NCBI GenBank assembly: GCA_965655095.1
Contig: OZ296652.1
Span: 66,650,001 to 66,714,000 of the forward strand
Direction of reading: 5' to 3'
DNA from: Haplodiscus bocki
Taxonomy: Eukaryota
Length of the DNA stretch: 64,000 nt
This document shows positions 48,900 through 62,427 of the stretch, one piece after another. The notes under the pieces are model-generated. The model did no database searches. It had not been told where the DNA came from and worked only from the letters and a program-made list of their open reading frames with translations. Within the stretch, counting starts at the first letter, position 1, and each line of letters opens with the position of its first letter. The position numbers were made by a program, and so were the translations under genes.

Positions 48900-50005
48900 C
48901 TAATCTAAAAGAGTTAAAAGATCACTGAGACTATTGTCATGAGACTCAATTTCTTGGCTCAAAGGGCCCTCTTGCAACTCCTCCAAGTTTCGCTGGTCAT
49001 GCACAGCTGAGCTCAAATTCATCTTGAACGTTATAACGTCGCCCCACAATGATTGTAAACCACATTTAGGGCATTCCGCTTCCAATGGGACCAGAGATCG
49101 TGTTGCAACACTTGAAAGACTTTGTTCCGCCCAGCACGTCAAGTGACTTTGTAAAGAACATTGAGCCTCGGCGTTGATGCAAAAAGCAAAGTTGTCTTTT
49201 TCGTTTTTCAAATCGGCCTCACAGAAGAAACACGCTGAAGGCAAGTATAGCTCATTTCTCGCAGGCACAACCCTTTTTGGATTTTTGTTGAACTGCCTTT
49301 TATCTTCGAATGGTCCTGAAAAAAAATCTGAAAGTTGCAATAGACTTCCATGCTTGTCAAATGACTTCCTCAAGTATGACTGGTTACGTTTCATCATTCC
49401 TGAACTTCTCGCCAACTGAGGAACTGTCAAGTACATAATTTTTTGACCCGAGAACGTTTTGCCGTTACTCTCCTCACCACACTACTGTCAGTATTCCATC
49501 ACTCTGATTACAAAATGAGCCAACAAACTTTATCGAGAAATTGGGACAATCACTAACCTCTCAAGAACATAACATGACGCGGCACTGATTCCCCAAGATG
49601 TGTTTCATATTTTGGATCTATCCACCGAACAGTCAACGGAAGAACGTCCCATGGTCCCGTAGCCAGCATTATCCCCAAAACTGAAAATTTGTATTGCAGG
49701 GTGTCTTGCTTTCTGGGACTCTTCTTCAGAATTCCATCACTAGCAATAGTCTTCAATTTCTTTGATAACGTCGGATGCTGCCACGCCCATTCGAACTGCA
49801 AAGCTGCGATGTTACTCATGAATCCATAAACAATTAAAACCATGTACCACGGTCCTTTGTCACTTGTCTTTTTAGCACCACCCTTGTCACGCCCTAAGTT
49901 ATGTTGTTTTATTCGCCGCAGAGGATTCACAGTGTAGCCCACATAGGTTTTCCTTCCGTTGTATAACAAGTAGCATCCATGAAAGTTGGGATATTCAGTA
50001 GACAT
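48900..50005 (-). CDS. SLX1: Structure-specific endonuclease subunit SLX1 (GIY-YIG + C-terminal RING/PHD-type Zn finger), 2 exons, ~323 aa
   Basis: [39 protein letters not shown]; C-terminal CFFC...C...H..C...CPKC...WGD; frame-preserving intron G|GTTAGT...TTGACAG| at 49557-49424 (acceptor inferred). Confidence 0.92.
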
Positions 50006-52039
50006 ACGAGATCTGATTCAATGTGTTCAGAAATTGCTTGAAGAATAGTTTGAGAAAGCTACTGAAATCCCGTATTGGATTTACTCATACAAATTCATTG
50101 TCGTTGAATACTCGTCAAATTTTAATTACTTGGAGGAAAAAAGAAATAAATCGAAAAACACCAGCGAAGTTATTAAGTATTTTCGACACACTACACTGCT
50201 GCGGAGTACAAAAAATGTGACAATCAAAAACTTGAATTGACGGAAAGGCTCCAACAAAAAACGATACTTTCCAACGATTCTATATTTTCACGTACGGATA
50301 AAAATATGTTCCATTCCCGCTTCACTGAATACAACTTCTTTACTGCGTGCATAGTTGGAGCAAAAACTTCAAGTCAAGTCTGAATCCGACTAATTCCTAA
50401 TCAAGTTAAAATGAAAATCAGTTCGCTTCACAGTTCTCACGGAAGAAAATGACTTGAGATCTCATGTCACTTACGAGCTCGGAATTTGCCACCTTCAGAA
50501 GAATAACAATTCTATGAAAAATGGTTATAAAACAATGTGATTGTTGCTAGATAACTTTGATTTCTTTTGCTTCCATAAATTCAGACGGGTGTAGTTCATG
50601 CTGACACTGGATTCTTCTCACGAGCCGCTTTTCACTTGATCTTATGTCCACTGAAAGATTTCCTTGAAACACTACATGAATAGTGTATCTAAGTTTGAGG
50701 CGTTTCTCACATAACGGGCAATTAATTGTTCTCGAAGAATTTCAGATTTCCAAAACCTGCTTTTCATGTCGCAACAGAAGGTCCCAATTGCTTCAAATGA
50801 AATTTCAGCTTAGGAGAAAGCTATCTTGCACGTGCCTTCAAAAACCTAGTAAGTAGAGCACTAAGTCAACTAAATCGATCAAGGTTGTCGCAGCAGTGGC
50901 CGACAAATGCTTGGTGTTACAACAGATTAATACAGGTAAGATAGGTTTCAAATGTCAATTCTTTTTCACGAAGGATCATCAAATGGATGCGCACAGAAAA
51001 CTTATAATTCGGGTATCAAATAAAATAAAACCTGCACGAACTACATTAATTCAACCAACCAAAGACATAGTTTTATAGAACCTATAGCTTTTTTTTCAAA
51101 AAAAAACGAGCTAGGGTATAACTTTTTGATTCGTAGTCAGTGATGTCTCTTTGTTCAAATATAAATTTAACTTCTTGAGTTGTTGACCAAAGAAATCAAT
51201 TGATATGTAAAATTTGGATTGCTATTTTTTTTTCGAATCAAGAAATCGAAGATCTCCTTCATTGTCGTTCCTTGGATCAAATGTTTTCCCGGACTGGTAA
51301 GGCCTCAAATACTCAAGCTAAGTGAAGCACAGAGGCGAGGCTGCGCTACGCAACACTTGCGCCAACGAATACTAGTAAACAAATCGAACAAGTATAACTC
51401 ATTTTTGAAGGGGCTACTGTAGTACGAAGACTAATGATAAAACAAGTGTAAAGAAAAATAATTGACTCGGAATTCTTATACATTTACATACAAGTGTAAC
51501 AAGTACGAACGGCTATAGCAGTTAATTCGGTTTTCCGATTACACGAAAGCTTCATTACTCCGAGAAAGAATAATAGTTCCCATAACTCCGAAATAAAATC
51601 CCATTGGCTGCGAGAAAAATTGAGTTGAAATTACGCCATTTGTATTATACAATAAAAATTCTCCTGAATTGTAATTTAAGGTTCCAAATCCGTAAAACTA
51701 GTTGCACTGATTCTTCAAATGCACTCCGTGGGAAACCACAAAGTAAGGGTTTCAACAGTTATTACTATTTTGATTTGGCTAAATTATTTTCAGACTTGTG
51801 CAACCCTAATTTATTTTCGGACTTGTGAATAGCCGCCTTCAAATTCCAATCTGAACAGAATTTGAAATGATTTATTTATTTCTCCAATCTACAGTTTATA
51901 TTTAACAATTTCCCCTTTGATTGTTTTTTAAACCCCCCTCCACCCGTTGTTTCTTCACTCCTTCACCCATTGCCTCTTGAAATGGATATTCAACAAAAAA
52001 TCCAAAAAAACTCAAGATCTTTGACTTTTACCAATTCGA

Positions 52040-52230
52040 AATCATAAAAATTCCTGGCACAGTATAATTGCGATGCTTCCAAAATTGAGGTGTAACGCTC
52101 GATATTAACATCGAAATGAGACAAATTACAAAATATCCTGGAAACCACAATCACGAAAATGATGCTGAGGCAATCGACTTGGAAAAATTTCGACAAAAAT
52201 TATTACCATCAGTGAGTGCTCCAAAAGCTG
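52040..52230 (+). mobile_element. FLYWCH-like zinc-finger relic (MULE-type transposon)
   Basis: YNCDAS...RCNAR...GNHNH...IDLEKFRQKL read across frameshifts. Confidence 0.3.
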
Positions 52231-54135
52231 TTCAAAGAACTGGATTAAGGAAGTGGGAGGATTGAAGAAAAGAGGGGCCATTGAAAGGGAGGGGATGGAA
52301 AAATGGGGGGGGGGGGTCGAAGAAATGGGGAAGGGGCGGCGATGCAGATAATTATTTATTTCACTAACATGAATTTTGTTATTGTGATCAACTTTTATAT
52401 TGAGTATAATTATTATTTTACTATTATTCTGAATAATAGTTTGATTCACCTATTGACAATTTTTAGTATTTTACATTTTCCATTCGACAATCTGTACCTG
52501 TTTTCAATTTTCAGAGTAGTGGGCAAAAACTTTACTTGCGGAGTATTGGGGAAAAAATAATTTGGGAGTAAGGAATAAGAATATCTAATTCGCATTGTAT
52601 TCAAAACAAGCGCGCACGATGGGGAAAAGGTCATGTTAACCGATTTTAGCAAGAAAGCGGGAGCGCGTAAGCAAAAGTTAGGAAGATTGGAATTTCGGAA
52701 AATGCGAAATGTCAACAGATCCGAAAAAAAACGACAAGCCGGTAATATAGCACTTGCTTGCGCGAGAGTAGGTACTTTCGAAATTTCATGATAAAACGCA
52801 AACGAAAGGAAATGTCTTATTTTTCAAAAAATAATACAGGAAATTATCCATTTCACGAGGGCTAAGTTGACTATTTGAATTGTTTTTGCCGACGGAACGT
52901 TTAAAAACAAATTAAACCAAAAAAATTTGGGTTGAATTTCGAAAAAATCCTCAACGCAGAAAACATCGAGCGCAAAAACATTGGCGGATATGTGATTTGA
53001 AGCCATACGGCCGTAATACCCAAACGGAAATGGCTGTAATTATTAACCAGTAGCACAAATGATCACTGACTTTGACTAGATTCATCCTAAGATCATCTCG
53101 TGCCAGTTGTGAACAATGCAAAGGCAGTTCGACCGTAATAAACTGGAGTTTGCCAGCTTAACAAGAAATGCACCGCAGCCGTTTTCAAGATTTCAGCAAG
53201 GCTTTCGACACAACTGATCACGGAACTCTTTTAAGAAAATGCAACTCATTGGCATATCAAAAAATAGACCCGGCTACCACCGGAATAAAATTGCTTAAGA
53301 TACCATTTAGAAAGATGAAAGCGTAATTTTTTGAGAAAACAACTCAAAAAATTCGAAAACTTTCTGTAGTTTTGCCAGAGGTTAATATGGGTCGAAAAAG
53401 ACATTTTTTAAAAAACATTGCAGCAAATTTGCCACCTTTAAGGATTTCAAAATAAATCGAAATTTTGAAACTGCATACGTATTTGAGAAATCTTTCTATT
53501 TTACTACGGCAATTTTGGTATAATCCAGAAGAACATTTTGAGGAGGGAAAATATTGTTTTTAAAAATATATTCAATTATCTTCGGGCTTTAGGCGACAAT
53601 TTTTCGGCTTGTTTTTTTGTCAAAAAGATCTTCCAATTACGGCGGAAAAGACAATTTCAGGAGATAAGATCAATTGATAAGCATTCTACAGCATAATTGC
53701 CAACTTTCGCCAATTTCCAAAAATTCAAAGTTTTTTCGAGGAAACTTATCTATTTTTCCAAAGAAACCCCAAATTTTGAACACTTTGAGAAACCTTACTA
53801 TTCCAGTCACATTCTACGGAAAATTTGATACAGTTTGGTGGAAATTCAGATTTATGAAAGAACATCGTGTTTAGTGTGAACGCAATTGGCAGACATCAGT
53901 TGGAAACAATATTCCATTCGAGTGGATGATTTTGCTTTGATATTGTAAACAATAGGTTTCTCAATCCAATGAAATCGATCGCGGAAAACCGAGAAAAGTA
54001 TATTGCTACTGATGTTCCACAAGGTTATATTGTATGACATCTTTTGATAAAGGCGAAGCAGCGTTTCGCAACACTTGACCCAACGCAGAGCTAAGATAAA
54101 AACTTCATATTTGGACTAAAACTTCAAATTCTCCA

Positions 54136-54208
54136 GCGAATATAGCTCATTTGGTAGAGCGTGCAACACCGGCATGACAGGACCCAGGTTCGAGACCCGG
54201 ACATGGTA
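54136..54208 (+). repeat. tRNA-like sequence (SINE head or tRNA pseudogene)
   Basis: A-box/D-arm TAGCTCATTTGGTAGAGC and B-box/T-arm CCAGGTTCGAGACCCGG; acceptor and anticodon stems do not pair. Confidence 0.7.
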
Positions 54209-55649
54209 CTTTCTATTGCCAAAAAATCTTGCGAGCTCTAAATCCACCGGAAAGAATGTTGATAGGAAAAAGATGACTGTGTTATGACACTCGCATGGGC
54301 AAGTGAAACACAAAGACGAATCAGAGCTCCGTCAATCCGGCAAATGAACTTCTTCTAAATTAGAGAACACTCAGAACAGCAAGGCTTCCATATCGAAAAG
54401 CCTGTCGAAAATATTGCGAAATTTCCGCGATTATAAAAAGACTAACATTTGCCAGACGTGTCTAAAAGTCAATTCTGGTATTTTCGCCAGGAACTGCAAA
54501 GCATTTCACTCGAAACTCCGAAAAAAGTGAAAATTTTACCAGTACGCTACTTATACAAATGAGGTTTTCAGTTCACCTCCAAAAACTACTCCAATCAATG
54601 GCCTGTAGTGCGCAAGGATGCCCGAGTACAGTTGAAAAAAATTCCTGAGGATTTCCTCAAAATTAACACCAGTCATTTCGTTTAGATGGATGCGTAATTG
54701 AGTTGGAAGGCAAGAAGCAGACAAGTATGCAAAAATAGCCATACTTGCCGCCTAAAAACGACTTTTTTGAGGTTAATTACTAAACATTTTATGGATTAAA
54801 GCAAAACATGTCCTATCGTTTAGGGTTTCAATGCAAACCTTAAAAGCAGCATTAGAAGGCAGTCACGAGTAGAATCTCCGCGAAAGTCAAAAAAAGCAAC
54901 TTATAGTTGACTTTGATCCACCAGAAGCCTCAAAAATTAACAATTTCGGAGTTTCCTGCTGCATTGACTTATACTTGAGCTTCAATGTCGTATAGGTTTC
55001 TATTAGCAAGGTTTATATGGAGGGTAAAAGGTGAGAACTGGGAAAATCGCGGTATTAGCTACTTTTAACCATAGACATCCTTTTCTCCTCGCCCCGAATT
55101 TCATTTTCTTCCTTCCTCATCTCTCACTTTATTCATCATTTACTCAGCATTTGGGATTTCAGAAATTGAAGTGAAGAAAAAAGTAAAATCAGTAGGCCTT
55201 AAACTATCGCTTAATGCCTAAAAACAAAGAAAAATTCCCTTCGACTGTATGTAATTATAGTAAGCACATACATATATTATTCGGACTTTTCTCTTCAACC
55301 TTTTTCAGCAGAGAAAATAGATGGATTGACTGTGATGAATGGTCACTTTATTTTTCCTTGGAACAAGGTTTTCTTTTGTTAAACTATACCGTTTCGTCCC
55401 AAAAGAATGGGGTTGGGTTAACTCAGCTCTACTAGAATCGGTATGTGGCGTTCTGGAGGGATCTTTCAATTCCTCCAGATCTTCAGGAAATACCAGGCTC
55501 CAAGTTTACTGAGTACGTCGCCCTCCGTATTCTGTATTCTGTTCCAGTAATCTTTCATCTCTCCGCGTTTGAGTGCATATAATATTGGTACACGCAACTT
55601 GCAAAGTTTATTAATAGGGTAGAATTTCCATCAATTTCATCGCCAGCAA

Positions 55650-56900
55650 TTCCTTTCTACATTTTCCAGCATGAATTTTTGCTGAAAAATCTGTTGATGC
55701 GATGCAGGTGGAGACTGTAGGTACGAAACATGTGAGGTGTTTTAGGGAAGCATTCTTTGTTTTATTAGCCATGAGTCTATTGAGAAACATATTTTCATAA
55801 ATCTGCTCATTTTCACGCTCGGCGACTCAATAGCAGGTCTCAAATCATTGCTCGAGTTCAGACGCCTTACACATTTCGAGGTGAAACATTGCCAGATACG
55901 TGATTCAGTCTCACAAATACCAACAAGCCAGTGATGCTGAAGTTGGCCTTTTTTTCGCACGGATTAAAATATGTTAAGGTGGGGGCATCACAAAAATTTT
56001 CGGTATTTGGAAATAAATTGGGATTCTTGAATTTCTGTACATAATATATTACGTTCCCAGGTTTTAGATTATCCCTTCCAGGACGGCCGACGTAGGACTC
56101 CAATAGGCTCTACTTTTTTGTAAAATTTTGTCGATTTCGATGGTCTAAAAGAACAGTCACAGTAAAAGTCGGGCGCTTTTTTTCTAAAAAAAACACCGAC
56201 TAAAAAAAGTTCCATTGATGAACCTTGAAGTCTAATTGTGATAACTAATGGTTTTTAGTCCCTTTTTGCATCGAAGCTGGATCGAACAATTTCCTTACAT
56301 GTCCTTTATATGTCGGATGTACATTTCAAGGACGTCTATCGTTCAGAAAGGTGCCACGCTTAAACCAAATTGGTTTCACTATGGTGGTCAAAAAATCAAA
56401 AATTCATAAACTTCAAATGGACCCAGAACAATCTAATACCGAGAGTCGGTGCCAATTCGGGGGATCCTGCTTTATCATTTTCCGTCGCACTGAAATTACG
56501 ATAAGCGAACTCTTCAATTCAGTCACTGGACTAAATTTCTCTGAAAATTGACATAATTCTGCGAATTCCGAAAAAAACCCTGCCGTGAACTCTAGTTTGA
56601 ACCCTCGCTGCCTTGACGTTTCCGAAATTGTCCAACCAGATAAACTTCAGACTATGGTATAATGATGATACGGATGAAATTCACATCACGGATGAAATTT
56701 GCTTATCGAGCCTGTTCTAGCATGGCGCTTGAAAGCTCAGAGAACGCGTTTTGAATCCGAGGTAGCCGATAGATGCTGATCTCTCCTGAATGACATTGCA
56801 TTTCTCGTCCAAACATTTTGCAAGCGTTTTTGTTCGATAAAAATGAAGGGGGCATTTTGTCGAGTCTTTCTGACGAGAGTATTTTTTGAAGGTCTTTTCT
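55650..56900 (-). pseudogene. Possible RecQ-type helicase relic (Academ-like transposon?)
   Basis: ESYVGRPGRDNL.PGNVIYY resembles helicase motif VI (QxxGRAGRDG); otherwise fragmentary. Confidence 0.3.
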
Positions 56901-57469
56901 CTTTCCTAACTGCTGAAATATTGTAATTTTTAGGCAACACTGGCACTGGGATTTCCCCAGTTGCTCCGTAATCAATTCTGACACCCATCCAAAATGTTTT
57001 GGCATGCTTCAACGAAAAACAAAAACGAGCGTAGAACAGTCGAATATAAGCCAAGCAAATATAATCAGCCATTCGGTATATCCTGAAGTTGGTACCGACC
57101 CATTTTCTTTAATCTTGTCTCTGGGCGGCACAACTTATCAAAATTTATTGAGGTAAGCAAAAATCTTTCACTGCAGACCTATCATCAGTTTTTGCTGGGA
57201 AGTTGTTTTGTGGGGCCTGATGTTACTGTAAGACACGGAGTTTTATCTTTCTCAAACTTTTTGCCATTCCTACTTCTTTACGCTGGGATCCCCAGCATGT
57301 TCTTCGAGATTTTTAGTCGGCATTGAGTAAAAAGAAGCCAAATCTTGTAGTCACTTTGTTTCTTGAATCACAACGAATTGTCTATTTTCTCTAATTTTTT
57401 CCCGAGCATAACATTTTAAAGCATGCAAGTAGAGTTTATAACAAGCACGGGCGAATACTCACAAACATC

Positions 57470-57935
57470 AAAAGGTGCCTTCTACGAATTTTTTCGGCAC
57501 TGTGAGACAAAAAATCCCAAATTCCTGATACCCCCCACTTATGTATAAATTTTTTGTATACCAGAAACTTTCTGAAACACCAAAAGGACCCCCCTCATGA
57601 ATTCTCATGATTTTTTTCTGACAGGAAAAGTTTTCCACATTTTTTCTGTGATACCCTCCTCTATGGTCACCGAATATTTAGCGCCCGACAACTGGTCAAC
57701 ACCAGAAATTTTCAGAAACACCCAAAACTTTTGAGACAAAAAAATTTCGTGCAAAAATCTTGATACCCCCTTTTATGTATGAAGTTTTTCGATACCAGAC
57801 ACTTCCAGAGACACCATAGGATCCCGTTACGAATTTTTTATACGAATACTACTGTGGGATAAAAAAAAATTGATTTTTTTTTCGTGAAACCCCTCTTTGT
57901 GGTTTACTCAAATTTTCGCGCCCGACAGATGGGCA
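57470..57935. repeat. Two tandem ~240-bp units of the interspersed repeat also at 34480-34770
   Basis: GATACCCCC..TTATGTAT...GATACCAGA at ~57527 and ~57762; related fragments at ~2270-2300 and ~7560-7605 (reverse). Confidence 0.8.
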
Positions 57936-58787
57936 GCGCCGACTTTGAGCTGTTCTCAGCTTGCTTTGTCTAAAATTCATTTTTCTGCCGCACGAGAAAT
58001 TCAAAAAATAATTTTTAGCGAATTTTCTCAAAATGCCAGTGCGCTTGGTTTATTTTCCAAGGTAATAAGGTAATTAGTTAACATCTTTGCGCCTACGAGC
58101 TTTCCTGTGTTGATCGGATGACATTTTTTTTCTGTAAAAAGGGCTCGCCAGGAGCCTAGCCTTGGTGCTTCAGTTTTGAATTTTTGCAGACCAAATTTTC
58201 AGTATTGTTCTGAAAATTTTCTAGCATTATTTTTCAACAGCCAAATTACCTCAGGGAATTGTTATATTTTTCTCGAGTCATTTTTTGTGATTTGTGGACG
58301 ACGGAAAATATCACAGTACCACTGCGCCTCTGGTTTATCGATTGATCATTCAATCAGCAATTTACCTCGCTCAAAAACGAGCATTGGCAATTGAAAGGCG
58401 AGCGAAATTTAGATTATGATTTTCCTTTATTACCGAGTAACTTCGCGTCCTGAACCAATCATTTTCAGCAAATGAACATCGAATATAGAGAACAACATGT
58501 GCCTCCAAAATTAAAAATCAGGATTTTCGTGCAAAGTTAGCAATGCTTTTTTCACATTCGAACTACGCAAAAGATATTCAAATGTCATGATGATGCAATG
58601 TTCCATGACTGCCTTACTTTTTAGAAACAATTTTGTTCAACAATTATGTATTCAAACAACTATTTAAAAACAAATATTTAAAAAACAACTATTTCGTTGC
58701 AAATTAATTAAATAGGACGCTTTAAAAATGGAAACATGTTCTTTGCATCAAACCCTGAGATATGTTCTGCGGTTTTGTTCCAAAAAG

Positions 58788-60059
58788 TTAACTTCGGGCG
58801 CTGAAGGCAGGAATTCCCGTTATTGCACGGCCAAGAATTAAAGCATGTATGTCATGGGTTCCTTCATAAGTGTTAACTGTTTCTAAATTGATCACATGAC
58901 GCATCACATGATACTCATCAGAAACTCCGTTGCCCCCCAGAGCATCTCTACATTGTCTTGCAATATCTAGAGCTTTACCGCAGCTGTTGCGTTTTACTAT
59001 TGAGATCATTTCGGGACAGTATTTGCCAGAATCCTTCAACCTTCCAACTTGTACACATGCTGTCAGCCCGATGCTTATTTCACTTACCATGTCTGCGAAC
59101 TTCTTCTGTATAAGTTGAGTGGCAGCCAAGGGCGCTCCAAACTGCTTCCTGTCCAGTGTATACTGTCTCGCTGTGGCCAGACAGAATTCAGCGGCCCCCA
59201 AAACGCCCCATGATATTCCATAACGGGCGCTAGTCAGACACCCAAAAGGTCCTTTGAATCCAGAAACGTTAGGTAATAAATTAGCGGCAGGTACCTCAAC
59301 ATCTTCCAACATTATCATTCCGGTTTCCGAAGCCATTAGAGACATTTTGCCGGGAATCTTTGGAGTAGAGAAACCTTTCATGCCCCTCTCAATGATGAAT
59401 CCTTTCAAAACACCGTCATGGTTGGCCCAATAAACAGCCACATCTGCAATGGGAGAGTTTGTTATCCATGTTTTGGAGCCATTCAAAATATAACAATCAG
59501 TAGTGGATTCATACCTGGCTGTTGACTCCATTCCAGCAGGATCAGATCCATGGTTGGGCTCAGTCAATCCGAAGCAGCCAACAAGCTCTCCTTTACCCAG
59601 CTTTCGGAGGAATCGTTCTTTTTGTTCTTCCGACCCATACTCTGAAATCGGATGCATTACAAGAGAAGACTGCACACTCATTGCGGACCTGTAGGCACTG
59701 TCGACCCGCTCACATTCTCTGGCAAGCAGACCATAACCAATTGAAGTTGTGCCCGCACAACCATAGCCATTGATAGTGGCACCCAAAATCCCCAGTTCTC
59801 CCATTTCATAAAGAATGTCTCTGTCAAATTCGCCCTTTCTGTTAGCCATTACAATCCTGGGCATCAGTTTGTCATCGCAGTACGCCCGGAACTGGTCTCT
59901 CAAAATAATTTCTTCTTCCGTTAACAAAGATTCGACGTTCAAAGCATCTTCGAAGTTGAATTTCACAAAGCTACGATATTGACTAGGAAAAAAACTGCGT
60001 GGTTTGGAGAGCTGCTTTGCAGAAAACGCACGGCTCAAAAATTTCTTGCCCAAATTCAT
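58788..60059 (-). CDS. GCDH: Glutaryl-CoA dehydrogenase, mitochondrial, intronless
   Basis: [66 protein letters not shown]; basic N-terminal presequence. Confidence 0.97.
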   Translation of the reverse strand: MNLGKKFLSRAFSAKQLSKPRSFFPSQYRSFVKFNFEDALNVESLLTEEEIILRDQFRAYCDDKLMPRIVMANRKGEFDRDILYEMGELGILGATINGYGCAGTTSIGYGLLARECERVDSAYRSAMSVQSSLVMHPISEYGSEEQKERFLRKLGKGELVGCFGLTEPNHGSDPAGMESTARYESTTDCYILNGSKTWITNSPIADVAVYWANHDGVLKGFIIERGMKGFSTPKIPGKMSLMASETGMIMLEDVEVPAANLLPNVSGFKGPFGCLTSARYGISWGVLGAAEFCLATARQYTLDRKQFGAPLAATQLIQKKFADMVSEISIGLTACVQVGRLKDSGKYCPEMISIVKRNSCGKALDIARQCRDALGGNGVSDEYHVMRHVINLETVNTYEGTHDIHALILGRAITGIPAFSARS

Positions 60060-61108
60060 AATTCAGCTCTGAAATCAACACAAGTTTCAAATTCTGCCTC
60101 AAACTAAAATGAAAATACAGAAGACTACTCGAACAAACACCATTCCCACTGTTTACTCGGCAACTCGCAAGAATTTGCACTAAATAATATTCGATGCCCC
60201 TTTTGAACACCTTCCAACTGTTTATAGTGCTTTATGAATTTTGTTATCACTCGGCACCAATAGCCAATTGAATATTAGACAATACTTACTTTGTTAGGAG
60301 AAACAGGGCGTGGTAATTCTGAGGTAACGGAAAATCAGTTTCAACTCTTATTGAACTTTGCTTGCTCTAACTGTAACGCTGATGATTAATTGATTTTACT
60401 AAGCTGAATCTACCCTGTGACTTGTTTTAAATACTGCCTATCAGCTTCAGGATTTTTCGAGCTTTACAAGTCGGCGTTGTACTTTAGTAATGGAAAGGCG
60501 ACCATTACCGGGACTCGTTTTTTTTTCACTTTTGAAAATATCCAAAAGTATCAATTAAAATTTCATGGTCCTACCTTGCAACGTACAGTGTTGTAGATTA
60601 CCCGTGGTCTAGAAGATAGTACAAAATGTCTTTTAAGCCATAGAAGCATGGCAGCGCCGATTTGTGCGTTTGAGGCTTGCTCATTTTTTGTTTCGGATAA
60701 TGTTCAATTTAAAGATTTCCAGTAGTTGCTTTCCAGGTTACTTGAATTAACATTTGAAAGACTTGCCTTATCGACAAATACCTTGTGCAAGCAAAATAAT
60801 TCGGCCTGCTATTCGTGGCAGAAAAAAATTCAATTTTTCACGCATTCGAAAAGTGCAAGTAGTTTTGGTACCGGTTAGGGGCAATAAATGTACTCTGATA
60901 AGTTGAGGTTGAGCCTGTAGAAAAGAGTCTTTCTGCAGACAACTGACTGTCAATATTCTGTTGTGATTGAATAATACCTGAAGATATTTACAATGAAAAA
61001 ATCAACCTTGTCTCAAAAACTTTCACTTCGTAAAATTTATCCTTATTAATTCGCATTTATCTACTCTCCAGTTATGATCACCACAAATTCCGCCACAAAA
61101 ATCTGGAA

Positions 61109-61990
61109 TCATGACTCTTTCCATTCACTTTCTGAGTAAAGATCATTTCTAGTCTGCTTAGAAATTGGAATAGAACTCCTGATGGCATCTAATTCATCAA
61201 CATCAATATCGGCATACAAAATAGTTTCTTCTTCTGCGGCTTTAGCGACCACCTTTGCCCAAGGGTCTACAACAGTCGATTGCGCCCAACTTACGTAATG
61301 GGAAGACTCGTCTCTAGCGGGCGAGCACGTGGCCACATAAATTTGGTTGTCAGTTGCTCTTGCACGTTGCAGAAGCTCCCAATGGAGAGGACCAGTAGTC
61401 ATATTGAACGCTCCAGGGTATATCAGCAGTTGACACCCTAAGTTACGATAAGCTGCGGCCAACGCGGGAAATCTTAAGTCATAGCATATTGCAATTCCAA
61501 TATTCACAGGTCGAAAATTCTGCTCTTTCTTGGGCTCAACAACAAAACTCAGAAGTTTGCTACCAGCAGTCAAAACATCTGATTCCATGAAGCGAATTTT
61601 TCCGGGAACATCGATATCAAATAGATGAATTTTTTGGAATTTGCCGATCATTTCACCATTTGGGTTGAAAGCACAACTGGTATTGAACAGTCGATTTTCG
61701 CTATCCCGCTCAGGAATACTGCCACCAATTAAGTAACAACCGTTCTCTTTAGCAGAGGCAGCCAATGATTCGGTTGTTGCCCCGGGGATGCTCTCGGCAT
61801 ATTCGGCGAAAAACTGGGTACCGTAGGGACTGTTGAAACATTCGGGCAAACATACAACGTCGGCTCCACCGACAAAAACAGCTTCTTTGATCTTCTCACA
61901 AGCACGTTGCACATTTTGGTGCTTGTTACACGAAACTTTCAGCTGTACCAGAGCCAATTTCATGATTGATCGCAAAGTTGTTGATGTCAT
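61109..61990 (-). CDS. NIT2: Omega-amidase NIT2 (nitrilase superfamily), intronless
   Basis: [31 protein letters not shown] (E-K-C triad), [22 protein letters not shown]. Confidence 0.95.
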   Translation of the reverse strand: MTSTTLRSIMKLALVQLKVSCNKHQNVQRACEKIKEAVFVGGADVVCLPECFNSPYGTQFFAEYAESIPGATTESLAASAKENGCYLIGGSIPERDSENRLFNTSCAFNPNGEMIGKFQKIHLFDIDVPGKIRFMESDVLTAGSKLLSFVVEPKKEQNFRPVNIGIAICYDLRFPALAAAYRNLGCQLLIYPGAFNMTTGPLHWELLQRARATDNQIYVATCSPARDESSHYVSWAQSTVVDPWAKVVAKAAEEETILYADIDVDELDAIRSSIPISKQTRNDLYSESEWKES

Positions 61991-62427
61991 AGTAAGTTGT
62001 TAAACCCTTTCGTATTAACAATTACATTTCAAACATATTTAGAAGGCTGTGAATTATTCACTAAGTGCCAAAAATTGATCTGCAGTCCGACTCAGGCACA
62101 AAGGCAACTTTATTGACGTACCATTACTTATCAGCAAGTAAAACGCAATGCACAAATATCTGAAGTACGGCAATACACAGGCAACCTGAATAGCTGACTA
62201 CAACACACATTCTCAACGGAGAGCTAAGGGTAAACTTTATTTATTGTAACGACTGAACTAAAACATTTAGGTTAGATATTCAAGCAATGAAAGGTTCAAA
62301 CACTCCATGAACTAAATCGAAAAGATCTGAATATCCCAAATATGGTCAATTAATTGAAAAATATACAATGTATGGAGCTTTTAATTATTTTGATTTAATT
62401 GAAACGCTCTAGTCATGCTCGGCTTCG

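Noticed and set aside
54136-54208. Functional tRNA gene
   Set aside because: Acceptor and anticodon stems do not pair; only A/B boxes remain
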